Source: Gammaproteobacteria bacterium (GTDB taxonomy: Bacteria; Pseudomonadota; Gammaproteobacteria; Arenicellales; CAJQKF01). From it: a stretch of 64,000 bases of DNA. The notes below the pieces were generated by a model. That model was not told the origin of the DNA. It saw nothing but the letters and a program-made list of their open reading frames with translations, and did no database searches. Shown one piece after another: positions 17,226-26,181 of this stretch (position 1 is its first letter; every line of letters begins with the position of its first letter). The position numbers were made by a program, and so were the translations under genes. The stretch spans positions 3,967-67,966 of the forward strand of contig JAUIEZ010000004.1 in the NCBI GenBank assembly GCA_030429665.1, in the 5' to 3' direction.

Positions 17226-19076
17226 TTAACGTTCGTCTGCGTAATAGTTTTCGACACCGCCACGGTCGGCCGCGATGCCGCGTTCGAGCACCAGGTTATG
17301 CTTGCGGATCTTCGCGTACAGCGTCGGACGGGTGACGCCGAGCACCGCGGAGGTTCGCGTAATGTTGTAGTTGAACGTGTCCAACGCGGTAACCAGCGCT
17401 CGTTTCTCCGCCTGCGCCAATGAAAGAACGTCGTTCGATTCGCCCGATTGCGGCGCGACGGCCGGCGTCTTGATCGCCTCCAGGTCGAATCGCCGGATTC
17501 GGTCATCCGTCGCGAGGTGCACGGCGCGCTCGATGTTGTTCTCGAGTTGTCGCACGTTGCCCGGCCAGTCGAAATCGACAAGCTGGCGCATGGCCTCGTT
17601 CTCTATGCGAAACACGTCCTTGCCAAGTGCGCTGGCGCATTTTCTGAGGAACGTCGTCGCGAGTTGCGGAATGTCCTCCTTTCGGTTTCGCAACGCGGGC
17701 AGCTCGATCTCTATGACGTGTATGCGGTAGTACAGGTCTTCGCGAAACCGGTTCGTCTTCACCATCTCGAACAGATTGCGGTTGCTCGCGGAGATCACGC
17801 GCACATCGACATCGATCGGCCGACTGTCTCCAACACGGACTACCTGGCGTTCCTGCAGCACGCGGAGCAGCTTCGCCTGCACGTCGAACGGCAGCTCGGA
17901 GATCTCGTCGAGAAAGATCGTTCCGCCGGAGGCGAGTTCGAATTTCCCCGGACGGCCGTTCTTCACCGCGCCGGTAAAACTGCCGGGCGCGTAGCCGAAC
18001 AACTCACTCTCGATCAGTTCGCGCGGCAGCGCGGCGCAGTTCAGCGCGACAAACGGTCCGCTGTCGCGCTTGCTCTCGTTGTGTATGGCTTGCGCGAAGA
18101 CTTCCTTGCCGGTGCCGCTCTCACCGCTGAGCAGCACGGTCGCGCTCCCGGTAGCGGTCTGCCTGGCCAGCTTGACGCACGCCTGGAACGCCGGCGCTTC
18201 TCCGACGAGATCGTCGAACGTGTAGCGTGCGTGGTTCCCCGCGATCTTGTGCGCGATCCGGTGCATGCTTCGGATCTCCCTGAAGGTGTTCACTACCGAC
18301 TGGACGACGCCGTACTGGTCCTTGATCGGCACGGCGGTGTCGATCAGGTGAACCTTGCGGGTGCTCGTCGAGCGGATGGTTTCCCGATCGACGAAACCCA
18401 CGCCGGTTTCGAAAATGCGAACGATCGAAGGCTCGTACTCGAGCACGTCCTCGAGCCGCCTGCCGATGGCGTCTCTGGGGATCACGCTCAGAATTCGGCC
18501 CGCGGGCACGTTCATGAATCGGACCACGTGACTCCTGTCCAGCACGATCAGACCGTCGCTGATGTTTTCGATGATCGCCTGCTGTTCGGACACGATCTGG
18601 GCCAGCTTGTCGCGAGACGCGGCGAGCGCGTTGTGCATGCTGAAGGCTTCCGCAGCCAGGCGGAGCGCGAGCGCGAGGGTGGCGGAACTCGTCGCCGGCG
18701 CGGCGATGCCGGCGACGACGGCGCAGGCGCCGTCCCGGCCGGCCCGTATAGGCACGGCGATCAGCCCGGGCGGCAATCCAGTCCGATTGCGGGGGGCGAA
18801 TGCGCCCTCCTGTGCGTCGCCGCTTTCGATTGCCCGGGTTACCGGATTCGGCGAGTCGGCGTCGGCGCGGAAAGAGAAGCCGATGCCGATGCCCAGTTGA
18901 TCGAGAAAGCGCTCGCTTGCCCCGGTCCGCGGAATCACCGAAACCCGCGCATGCCCGTCACACACGAACACGCCAACGCGATCGCTTTGCGCGAGGTACT
19001 CGAGCGCCACGCCGACGATGGCGTCCAGGCTCTCGCGAAACTCTTCCATCGATCCGGACAATGCATCGTCGTTCAT
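17226..19076 (-). CDS. sigma-54-dependent Fis-family transcriptional activator (GAF-like N-domain + PAS + AAA+ + HTH; AcoR-like architecture)
   Basis: Walker A GESGTGKE, sigma-54 contact loop GYAPGSFTGA, WPGNVRQLEN, and C-terminal HTH RTSAVLGVTRPTLYAKIRKH. ATG 19076 has GGAGG 7 nt upstream. The track start at 19103 is an alternative. Confidence 0.9.
   Translation of the reverse strand: MNDDALSGSMEEFRESLDAIVGVALEYLAQSDRVGVFVCDGHARVSVIPRTGASERFLDQLGIGIGFSFRADADSPNPVTRAIESGDAQEGAFAPRNRTGLPPGLIAVPIRAGRDGACAVVAGIAAPATSSATLALALRLAAEAFSMHNALAASRDKLAQIVSEQQAIIENISDGLIVLDRSHVVRFMNVPAGRILSVIPRDAIGRRLEDVLEYEPSIVRIFETGVGFVDRETIRSTSTRKVHLIDTAVPIKDQYGVVQSVVNTFREIRSMHRIAHKIAGNHARYTFDDLVGEAPAFQACVKLARQTATGSATVLLSGESGTGKEVFAQAIHNESKRDSGPFVALNCAALPRELIESELFGYAPGSFTGAVKNGRPGKFELASGGTIFLDEISELPFDVQAKLLRVLQERQVVRVGDSRPIDVDVRVISASNRNLFEMVKTNRFREDLYYRIHVIEIELPALRNRKEDIPQLATTFLRKCASALGKDVFRIENEAMRQLVDFDWPGNVRQLENNIERAVHLATDDRIRRFDLEAIKTPAVAPQSGESNDVLSLAQAEKRALVTALDTFNYNITRTSAVLGVTRPTLYAKIRKHNLVLERGIAADRGGVENYYADER
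17228..17245. promoter_or_regulatory. candidate enhancer (UAS) site upstream of P1
   Basis: AACGTT-N6-CGTAAT, ~155-170 nt upstream of the -24 element. Overlaps the stop codon of the regulator gene. Confidence 0.3.
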
Positions 19077-19124
19077 CACTTGACCTCCCGGATTATCGGA
19101 CATGATTCACGCCACCGCGTCCGC

Positions 19125-20414
19125 TTACGACCGGTACACGACTTCGGGCAGCCACAGCGCGATCTGCGGCCAGAGAATCAACAATGCGAGCATCACGACC
19201 ATCGGCGCAAGGAACGGAAGCACGCCGACGATCACGTCGTTGATCGAGCCGCGACGCCTGACACCCTGAACGACGTAGAGATTCATTCCGACCGGCGGCG
19301 TGATCAGCGCCGTCTCGAGCAGCACGATCAGGAGGATTCCGAACCAGACCGGGTCGTACCCGGATGCCGTGACGATCGGAACGACGATCGGCGCGGTAAT
19401 GATCATCATGGAGATCGCCTCCATGAAACATCCGAGAACAAGGTAGAGCAAGATCACGGCGAGCAGCGTTTGAAAGGGCGAAAGATCCAGCGCTGCGATG
19501 AAATTCATCAGGGTGCTGGAGAATCCGGTGACTCCCAGCACGAAGTTGAGGTACTGCGATGCGAGCACGATGAGCATGATCATGCCCGTCGTCCTCATGG
19601 TGCCCCGAATCGCCTCGGCGAGCATGGGGCGGGTCAACCGGCGTGTCGAGGCTGCCAGGGCGAGGGACGCGCACACGCCCACCGACGCGGCCTCCGTGGG
19701 AGTGGCGATGCCGAGATAGATCGGGCCGATGACGCAGGCGAAGACGAGCAGCGGCGGCACCAGGTCGGGCAGCACCGCGACTCGCTCGCGCCAGCTACAC
19801 GCCACCGGCTGACCCCTGACCGACGGAAAAAGCAGCGCCGCGACGAGTATGGTGGAAATGAACAGGCTTGCCAGCATCAGTCCCGGCAGGAATCCGGCAA
19901 TGTACAACTCGGGAACGGACGTGCTCGTAATCAGGCCGAAGATGATCAGGTTGATGGACGGCGGAATCAGTATTCCCAATGTTCCGCCCGCCGCGATGCT
20001 GCCGAGAAACAACGGCTCGTGGTAGCCGCGCTTGTGGATTTCTGGCAGGGCGACGGTGGAAATGGTCGCCGCGGTCGCGAGGCTGGAACCGGACGTCGCG
20101 GCAAACACCGCCGAGGCGCCGATGTTGGAATGCATCAGTCCGCCGGGAAGCCACGACAGCCATTGCGCGATACCGTCGTACATGCGCGTCGCTATGCCGG
20201 CGCGCACCATGATCTCGCCAAGCAGCACGAACAGCGGCACGGCGACGAGAAGAAATTCCGTGCTGGTCTGCCAGAGAATCTCACCCATCGCCAGGTGAAG
20301 CGGCATTGGCGAGTAGGTTGCGCCAAGCCAGGTGGCGACTATCCAGATGGCGGACGCGACCGGAATGGAAAGTCCGATCAGCACGATGAGCAGCAGCGCC
20401 GTGTAGCCGATCAT
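19125..20414 (-). CDS. dctM: TRAP transporter large permease
   Basis: True start is ATG 20414 (MIGYTALLLIVLIG...), overlapping the dctQ stop (ATGA). The track ORF 19125..20942 is over-extended. Confidence 0.9.
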   Translation of the reverse strand: MIGYTALLLIVLIGLSIPVASAIWIVATWLGATYSPMPLHLAMGEILWQTSTEFLLVAVPLFVLLGEIMVRAGIATRMYDGIAQWLSWLPGGLMHSNIGASAVFAATSGSSLATAATISTVALPEIHKRGYHEPLFLGSIAAGGTLGILIPPSINLIIFGLITSTSVPELYIAGFLPGLMLASLFISTILVAALLFPSVRGQPVACSWRERVAVLPDLVPPLLVFACVIGPIYLGIATPTEAASVGVCASLALAASTRRLTRPMLAEAIRGTMRTTGMIMLIVLASQYLNFVLGVTGFSSTLMNFIAALDLSPFQTLLAVILLYLVLGCFMEAISMMIITAPIVVPIVTASGYDPVWFGILLIVLLETALITPPVGMNLYVVQGVRRRGSINDVIVGVLPFLAPMVVMLALLILWPQIALWLPEVVYRS

Positions 20415-20998
20415 CGCGATTGCTCGCCGGTGACCCTGGCCATCGGCGCCGCCGGGTATTCGCTCGCGTCGCGGACTTCCTCGGACAGGGATGGTATGCC
20501 GATCTCGTCGATGACTCCCTGCCAGTCGCGCCGTCTCAATCGCGATAGCGAATGGACGAGGACGACGACGATCGTGACGTTCAACACGGCCAGGCCGACG
20601 ACCCACAAGCCCTGGGGAATGACTTGCGGAATCTGCATGGGGGTGTTTGATCGCGCGCCCTGGATCCAGCTCTCGCGCAGCACGGACCAGCCGCGCTCGA
20701 GCATGAAGGCGGCGAGCACCGCCAGGGACAGGATGGCGAGCACGTCCAGGGTAGCGGTAACCGGTCGGGGCAGTCTGGCGGCGAGCAGGTCGAGCCTGAC
20801 ATTGGCGCGGTCGATGACCACCTGGGAGAACGCCCAGGACGTGGCCACGGCGAAGCCGTACGTGGAAACCAGGTCGGCGTCGGGAATGACGACGCCGAAC
20901 AACTTGCGCAGGAAGACGTCCAGCGTGACCAGGATCGCGCATGCGATCAAGGTATAGCCTCCCGCCATTACGCCAGTATCGATAACTTTTCGAAGCAT
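20411..20998 (-). CDS. dctQ: TRAP transporter small permease
   Basis: 195-aa ORF with four TM helices between dctP and dctM. Confidence 0.85.
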   Translation of the reverse strand: MLRKVIDTGVMAGGYTLIACAILVTLDVFLRKLFGVVIPDADLVSTYGFAVATSWAFSQVVIDRANVRLDLLAARLPRPVTATLDVLAILSLAVLAAFMLERGWSVLRESWIQGARSNTPMQIPQVIPQGLWVVGLAVLNVTIVVVLVHSLSRLRRRDWQGVIDEIGIPSLSEEVRDASEYPAAPMARVTGEQSR

Positions 20999-21058
20999 TG
21001 ACGATCGACTCGTTCGGAACGAATAGTACCGGATGAACGGCGGGAGGCGGCTAAGAGT

Positions 21059-22108
21059 TCACTGCTCGATGGCGAGGCTGAGCTTCTTGCCTACCGTTTC
21101 GTTCCACGGGCCTGCACAATCGGCGCCGCAACGGTCGATCCAGCTTTTCAACACACTCGACCCGAGCAGTCGATTGCGCAGTTCGATGTCCTCGGCCGAC
21201 GGCAGCACCAGGGAGATGCCCGCGGGCTCGCCGAGCGGGCAGGGGCCGGACGTGTTGCAGGCGACCCCGGTTTCTTCGTCGTTGCGCGTACCCTCCCACA
21301 TCCGCGTTTCGAGTTCGGCGAACTCGGTCTCGAGGAAATCCTGTGTTGCGCTGGGCAGGCGGTTCCAGGTGTCCAGGTTCATCGCCGCGAAGGATTCCCC
21401 CCAGCCGACGCGCAGGCCGTACATGTGCTTCGCCACCTGGCCGATCTTCGCGTTGTATGCCGGCATTACCCCGGTCACCACGCAATCGACGACGCCCTTC
21501 TCCAGGGCCGGCACCATCTCAGCAAACGCCACGGTGACGCCGCTGGCGCCGGCGCCCTCGACGAGGTCGCTCAGCGACGTGCTGTAGGTGCGGACTTTCT
21601 TGCCCTTGATGTCCGCGAGGCTGTTGATCGGCTCGCGGCAAAAGAACATGTTGCTGGAGTAGGCGTACATCATGAGAAGCTTTGCATTGAACGACTTCTC
21701 GAATTCGGTCGCGATGATCGACCGATATGTCCGCGACAGTTCCCAGGTGGTGTCCACGTCCTGGCTCAAGGACGAAAGTGCCGCACCTTCGATGACGGGA
21801 TTGTCGCCGGCCACGTAACCGATCGCGCCGAAGGCGACGTCGAAGACGCCGAGTTTCAACAGTCTCATCACCTCGAAACCTTTCAGGCCCACGGTGTCGA
21901 CCGGCGAGATCTGTCCGGTGATCATGCCGTTCGATGCCGAGGGCAGGTCTTCCTGCCAAAATTTCGATTCGAAGTTCTTGTAGGGCGACAGGCCCGCCCA
22001 CGAACCGACGACCTTGAAATTGGTCGGCTCCAGACTCTCGGCGACGGCCGGGGCCGGCGCGGTCGCCAATGCGGCCGCGATAGCGACGAATGCCAGTTTC
22101 GAATTCAC
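21059..22108 (-). CDS. dctP: TRAP transporter substrate-binding protein (DctP family)
   Basis: DctP-like ORF. The preferred start is GTG 22108 (VNSKLAFVAIAAALATAPAPAVA signal peptide), preceded by GGAGGAG. The track start is ATG 22132. Confidence 0.9.
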   Translation of the reverse strand: MNSKLAFVAIAAALATAPAPAVAESLEPTNFKVVGSWAGLSPYKNFESKFWQEDLPSASNGMITGQISPVDTVGLKGFEVMRLLKLGVFDVAFGAIGYVAGDNPVIEGAALSSLSQDVDTTWELSRTYRSIIATEFEKSFNAKLLMMYAYSSNMFFCREPINSLADIKGKKVRTYSTSLSDLVEGAGASGVTVAFAEMVPALEKGVVDCVVTGVMPAYNAKIGQVAKHMYGLRVGWGESFAAMNLDTWNRLPSATQDFLETEFAELETRMWEGTRNDEETGVACNTSGPCPLGEPAGISLVLPSAEDIELRNRLLGSSVLKSWIDRCGADCAGPWNETVGKKLSLAIEQ

Positions 22109-22229
22109 GTTGTTCTCCTCCACTTCGATCATCCGCTAGCGGATATGGGTTGTACTGTTGGACCCGCGAACGTCGCGGCTACCTGTTTCGGGTCACCGGT
22201 TCGTCGATCGCGATCAGGGGACTGGACGC

Positions 22230-22244
22230 GCAACTATCGTGCCA
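22230..22244 (-). promoter_or_regulatory. sigma-54 -24/-12 promoter (P2) for dctPQM (and possibly the regulator gene)
   Basis: Minus strand reads TGGCACGATAGTTGC, about 120 nt upstream of the dctP start. Confidence 0.8.
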
Positions 22245-22342
22245 AGCCGATGATTACGTACAACGTTGCCCATTCCGCGGGCGCAGTCGGGGAAAAGTTC
22301 TGCCCGAGGGGTGTTCCGGTATTGATGTATAGAAATTTTACT

Positions 22343-22363
22343 AACGTAATATATATAAACGTT
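22343..22363. promoter_or_regulatory. candidate enhancer (UAS) site upstream of P2, inside an AT-rich block
   Basis: AACGTAAT-ATATATA-AACGTT, ~100-120 nt upstream of the -24 element. A second ATTACG-TAC-AACGTT pair lies at 22253-22267. Confidence 0.3.
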
Positions 22364-22408
22364 CAAATTATTGTCGATCGGAAAAATACCCGAGCCGGTG
22401 CTACGGCT

Positions 22409-23797
22409 TTACGCGGACAAGCGTTCTGGCAGCCATTTCGCTACGTTGGAGACGTCTTGAATCCGTTCGAACGTCATGACCGTCTCGAGAAATCGGTCGA
22501 TAGCGGACCCGTCGAGCGCCCGCCGCCCGTGGCGATAGCAGTCCCGGACCTTGGCCCGGAATTCGGCGTCGCCCAGTGGGTCCCGCAGCGAACCCGGCAC
22601 CCGATCGACCTGGGCACGGATCGTGGAGCCGTCGCGAAGTCCGAGTTCCACCCGCGCCGGTCCGAGGAAGCCGGTCCAGGTGTCCTCCACCTCGACTTCG
22701 ACCCGACGGGCGAGGGCGCCGACCATCGGATCGAGGACCGCATCCGGCCGAACGTCTGCGAGCGTCATCCGGCCCCGGATGATCGCGCAGGCCACCGCGT
22801 ATTTAACGCTGAACAGGCCCGCGACCGATGGATCGTTTCGCGGTTCGAAGTCGCCGCCGATCGTGTCGTTCATATAGGCGGACACGGTGACCCGGGCGGA
22901 GGCGATATCGTCAGCCGATACGCCCGACGACTCGCGCAGTCGCAGCGCCGCAGCAATGGGTGTGTAGTTGCACAGGCAGTTTGGGTACTTCTTGACGGCA
23001 ATCGAGGTATTTTCGAATCGCTCGCCGTACTCGGACAAGACCGCGTCCTCGTCAAAGCGATCGTAGATCGCGAAATATCCCGCATGGCCGGTAAGAAACC
23101 CGCTCGCGCCGGAAACGCCGGATGCTGCGAGCAGCACGGCCGACGCGGCGTTTCTCGCGGCGAATGCCGACTGGTACCGCTTGGAGTGGCTCTTTTCGAT
23201 GATCGGTTGCTTGGTGCCCGAGGTCAGGCAGAGCGCCAGGGCGAGGGCATTGGCGAGATCCCGGTGATCGAACCCGAGAACGAGTCCACCGGCAAGCGTC
23301 GCGCCGAACACACCGTGAATCGAGGTGTCGAACCACTGTGTGGAGCGACTGCTAGCCAGCGACAGCCGGCAGGACAGGTCGTCGCCGGCGGCGATGGCGA
23401 GCAACACCCGTTCGCCGCTCGCCCGGGCGCGCTCGGCCAGCGCCAGAACCACGGGAACCGTCACGATATCCGGGTGAATCAAGGCATCGTGATGTACGGT
23501 GTCGAAGTCGAGGGCAGCGGCATCGAGGCCGTTGAGAAACGCGGCGCACTCCGGCGACAATCGTTCGCGGCCGGCCCAGTAGCTCGCCTCGCCCCGATCC
23601 GCGCCGTCGAGGTACATTCTCCGGACGCCTTTGTCCTCCATGGTCGTGGCGCCCGCCCAGGCGACGGCCAGCGTGTCCAGCAGACTCCGCCGGCTCGCCG
23701 CGACGGCCGCCGCGGGCAGGTCCTCGAACCGCAAAGCCGCGGCGCGATCGACGAGCAGGTTTTCGACGGCGCCCGGCGCCGTCTTTGTCTGGTTCAT
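22409..23797 (-). CDS. MmgE/PrpD family protein
   Basis: True ATG is at 23797 (MNQTKTAPGAVENLLVDRAAALRFEDLPAAAV...), preceded by AAGGGAG. PrpD-like length and pattern. The track ORF is over-extended to 23980. Confidence 0.85.
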   Translation of the reverse strand: MNQTKTAPGAVENLLVDRAAALRFEDLPAAAVAASRRSLLDTLAVAWAGATTMEDKGVRRMYLDGADRGEASYWAGRERLSPECAAFLNGLDAAALDFDTVHHDALIHPDIVTVPVVLALAERARASGERVLLAIAAGDDLSCRLSLASSRSTQWFDTSIHGVFGATLAGGLVLGFDHRDLANALALALCLTSGTKQPIIEKSHSKRYQSAFAARNAASAVLLAASGVSGASGFLTGHAGYFAIYDRFDEDAVLSEYGERFENTSIAVKKYPNCLCNYTPIAAALRLRESSGVSADDIASARVTVSAYMNDTIGGDFEPRNDPSVAGLFSVKYAVACAIIRGRMTLADVRPDAVLDPMVGALARRVEVEVEDTWTGFLGPARVELGLRDGSTIRAQVDRVPGSLRDPLGDAEFRAKVRDCYRHGRRALDGSAIDRFLETVMTFERIQDVSNVAKWLPERLSA

Positions 23798-23841
23798 GTT
23801 CGGGCTCCCTTTCGCGCTGGTGGGCATTACCGGATCAAGTA

Positions 23842-23856
23842 GCAAGCGACGTGCCA
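23842..23856 (-). promoter_or_regulatory. sigma-54 -24/-12 promoter (P3) for the MmgE/PrpD gene
   Basis: Minus strand reads TGGCACGTCGCTTGC. Ends 44 nt upstream of ATG 23797. Confidence 0.8.
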
Positions 23857-23955
23857 CGGGAGCCGCGGATGACGCACGCCCGGTAGTCGGACGAACCGTG
23901 ACCGCTTCATCGACGTGACGGCCGGGCGTTATCGGTCGTCTCGGAGAAAGGCGAC

Positions 23956-23971
23956 TGGCACGGGACTTGCA
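23956..23971 (+). promoter_or_regulatory. sigma-54 -24/-12 promoter (P4) for the aminotransferase-GST unit
   Basis: Plus strand reads TGGCACGGGACTTGCA. Ends 55 nt upstream of ATG 24027. Confidence 0.8.
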
Positions 23972-24026
23972 AGATGCCAATAAACTGATTGCCCGCGCGC
24001 CGGGCCATCGGAACTAAGGTGGCTGA

Positions 24027-25337
24027 ATGTCCGAATCAACGCGTACCCGTATAGATGAAGAACTTCGACAGGCCAGCGAACGTTACGCCGCCGCCAGGCC
24101 GAGGAGTCGGGAGCGCCACGACGACGCGGCGCGAGTCATGCCGGGCGGCAATACGCGAACCGTGTTGTTCTTCTCGCCGTTCCCGTTCATCGTCACGCGC
24201 GGTGAAGGCGCGTACCTGTGGGACCTGGACGGTCATCGCTACACGGATTTTCTCGGCGAGTACACGGCCGGCCTGTTCGGCCATTCGGATCCGGCGATCG
24301 ACGAGGCGATCCGCCGCGCCCTGGACGACGGCATCGTGCTTGGGGCGCACAACGAGGTCGAGTCGCGCCTCGCCGGAGAAATACTGAGGCGCTTCTCTTC
24401 CATGGAAAGAGTCCGCTTCACGAACTCGGGCACCGAGGCCAATCTCATGGCGCTGGGTATCGCGCGACTTGCGACCGGTCGACGCCGGGTCATGGTGTTC
24501 AACGGCGCTTACCACGGCGGCGTGCTGTATTTTGGCGACAGCGCGCGAACCGTCAACGTGCCGATCGACGTCGTGCACGGAGAGTACAACGATGCCGCGG
24601 GTGCGCAGGAGTTGATTCGACGCCATGGCGACGAGATCGCGGCCGTTCTCGTCGAGCCGATGCTTGGTGCGGGCGGCGCGATACCGGCAAACCGAGAATT
24701 CCTGATCGCGTTGCGCGAGTCGACGCATGAGCACGGTTGCCTGCTGATATTCGACGAGGTGATGACTTCCCGCACCGGCGCCGCCGGCGCGCAAGGCTAT
24801 TACAACGTGCGCCCGGACATGACCACCCTGGGAAAATACCTGGGAGGCGGCCTTTCGTTCGGAGCTTTCGGCGGCCGGGCGGACGTCATGGATCACTTCG
24901 ATCCGCGTCGCGCGGACGCAGTGCCGCACGCGGGGACGTTCAACAACAACACGCTATCGATGTGCGCGGGACTGGCGGGTATCACGCAGGTCTACACCCC
25001 GGAGCGGGCGCTTGCGCACTTTGGCAAGGGGGAAGCGTTTCGCGAAGCGTTGAACGCGTTGTTTCGGGAGCGGGGCGTGCCGATGCAATTTACCGGACTG
25101 GGATCGATCATGAATTTTCATCCGCAGTCGTCGCCGATACGATGCCCTCGCGATATCGACGTCTCGCGGGCGTCGATCAGGGATCTGTATTTTTTCTTCA
25201 TGCTGGAGAACGGCGCGTACCTCGCGCGACGCGGGTTGATTAGCCTGTCGCTGGCGCTCGGCCAGCACGACCTCGACGCGTTCGTGTACCAGACCCGGCG
25301 ATTCATCGATCGCTTCGGCGACCTGCTCGACGCGTGA
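24027..25337 (+). CDS. class-III (glutamate-1-semialdehyde aminomutase-like) PLP aminotransferase
   Basis: MPGGNTRT...RGEGAYLWDLDGHRYTDFLGEYTAGLFGH...FTNSGTEANLMAL...LIFDEVMTSR pattern. RBS AAGGTGG. Confidence 0.85.
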   Translation: MSESTRTRIDEELRQASERYAAARPRSRERHDDAARVMPGGNTRTVLFFSPFPFIVTRGEGAYLWDLDGHRYTDFLGEYTAGLFGHSDPAIDEAIRRALDDGIVLGAHNEVESRLAGEILRRFSSMERVRFTNSGTEANLMALGIARLATGRRRVMVFNGAYHGGVLYFGDSARTVNVPIDVVHGEYNDAAGAQELIRRHGDEIAAVLVEPMLGAGGAIPANREFLIALRESTHEHGCLLIFDEVMTSRTGAAGAQGYYNVRPDMTTLGKYLGGGLSFGAFGGRADVMDHFDPRRADAVPHAGTFNNNTLSMCAGLAGITQVYTPERALAHFGKGEAFREALNALFRERGVPMQFTGLGSIMNFHPQSSPIRCPRDIDVSRASIRDLYFFFMLENGAYLARRGLISLSLALGQHDLDAFVYQTRRFIDRFGDLLDA

Positions 25338-25374
25338 CATTCATTGCGACACGAAAACGGAGGAGAGAGACGAC

Positions 25375-26016
25375 ATGATAACCATTTGGGGCCGGCAGAA
25401 TTCGAGCAACGTCCGCAAAGTGCTGTGGTGTTGCGCCGAGCTGGATATCCCGTTCGAGAGAAAGGACGTCGGCGGTGGCTTCGGCGGCCTGCATGACACC
25501 CACTACGCGCGATTGAATCCCAATGCGAAGATTCCCACGATCGAGGACGGCGACTTCGTACTCTGGGAATCCAACGCCATCGTCAGGTACCTTGCATCGC
25601 GTTACGGTGCGGGCACCCTGTGGCCGGTCGATCCGATCGTTCGGGCCGATGCCGATCGATGGATGGACTGGCAGATAACGACCATCCGTCCGCCGATCAT
25701 CGACATGGTACTGGCCTGGTTGAACGACTGTTCCCGCTATCCCGAATCGAACTTTCGCGCGATGGAAAAACCGCTGAGAACGTTGGACGCGGCGCTTTCC
25801 GATCGCGCGTTCGTCGCCGGGGACGACTTCACGATGGGGGATATACCGCTCGGACTGATCGCCTACTGGTGGTACGGCTTCGACATCGATCACTACGACA
25901 CCCCCAACGTCCGCTCATGGTATGACCGGCTCTGCGAGCGTCCCGGGTACGTCGAACACGTGCTGGAGAAGCCGTTTGGTCCGGCTAGTGATCACGAAGA
26001 CTACGATTGCGCATGA
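25375..26016 (+). CDS. glutathione S-transferase family protein
   Basis: MITIWGRQNSSNVRKVLW...KIPTIEDGDFVLWESNAIVRYL thioredoxin-like GST N-domain. RBS GGAGGAGAG. Confidence 0.85.
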   Translation: MITIWGRQNSSNVRKVLWCCAELDIPFERKDVGGGFGGLHDTHYARLNPNAKIPTIEDGDFVLWESNAIVRYLASRYGAGTLWPVDPIVRADADRWMDWQITTIRPPIIDMVLAWLNDCSRYPESNFRAMEKPLRTLDAALSDRAFVAGDDFTMGDIPLGLIAYWWYGFDIDHYDTPNVRSWYDRLCERPGYVEHVLEKPFGPASDHEDYDCA

Positions 26017-26045
26017 ATCCGCGCGTTACGGAAATCCGGGTCGAA

Positions 26046-26062
26046 AACGTTACCGGCGTAAC
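26046..26062. promoter_or_regulatory. candidate enhancer (UAS) site upstream of P5
   Basis: AACGTT-ACCGG-CGTAAC, which contains the perfect inverted repeat GTTAC-CGGC-GTAAC. Lies ~120-135 nt upstream of the -24 element, and TACGTTAC follows at 26070-26077. Confidence 0.3.
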
Positions 26063-26181
26063 AATTCTTTACGTTACGACGCTTTACGGTTGACAAGATC
26101 GCAGCGTATTGCGCCGGATCCTGCAACGGCGAATAGTCGCTTCGCTCGCCATTGCGCGACGGCACGGCGCCATTCGAGTTC

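Noticed and set aside
26021-26032. The 12-mer GCGCGTTACGGA is shared between the P5 upstream region and 43940-43951, upstream of the sensor gene.
   Set aside because: A single 12-nt identity between two sites in 64 kb (both strands) is expected by chance. No other shared context supports it.
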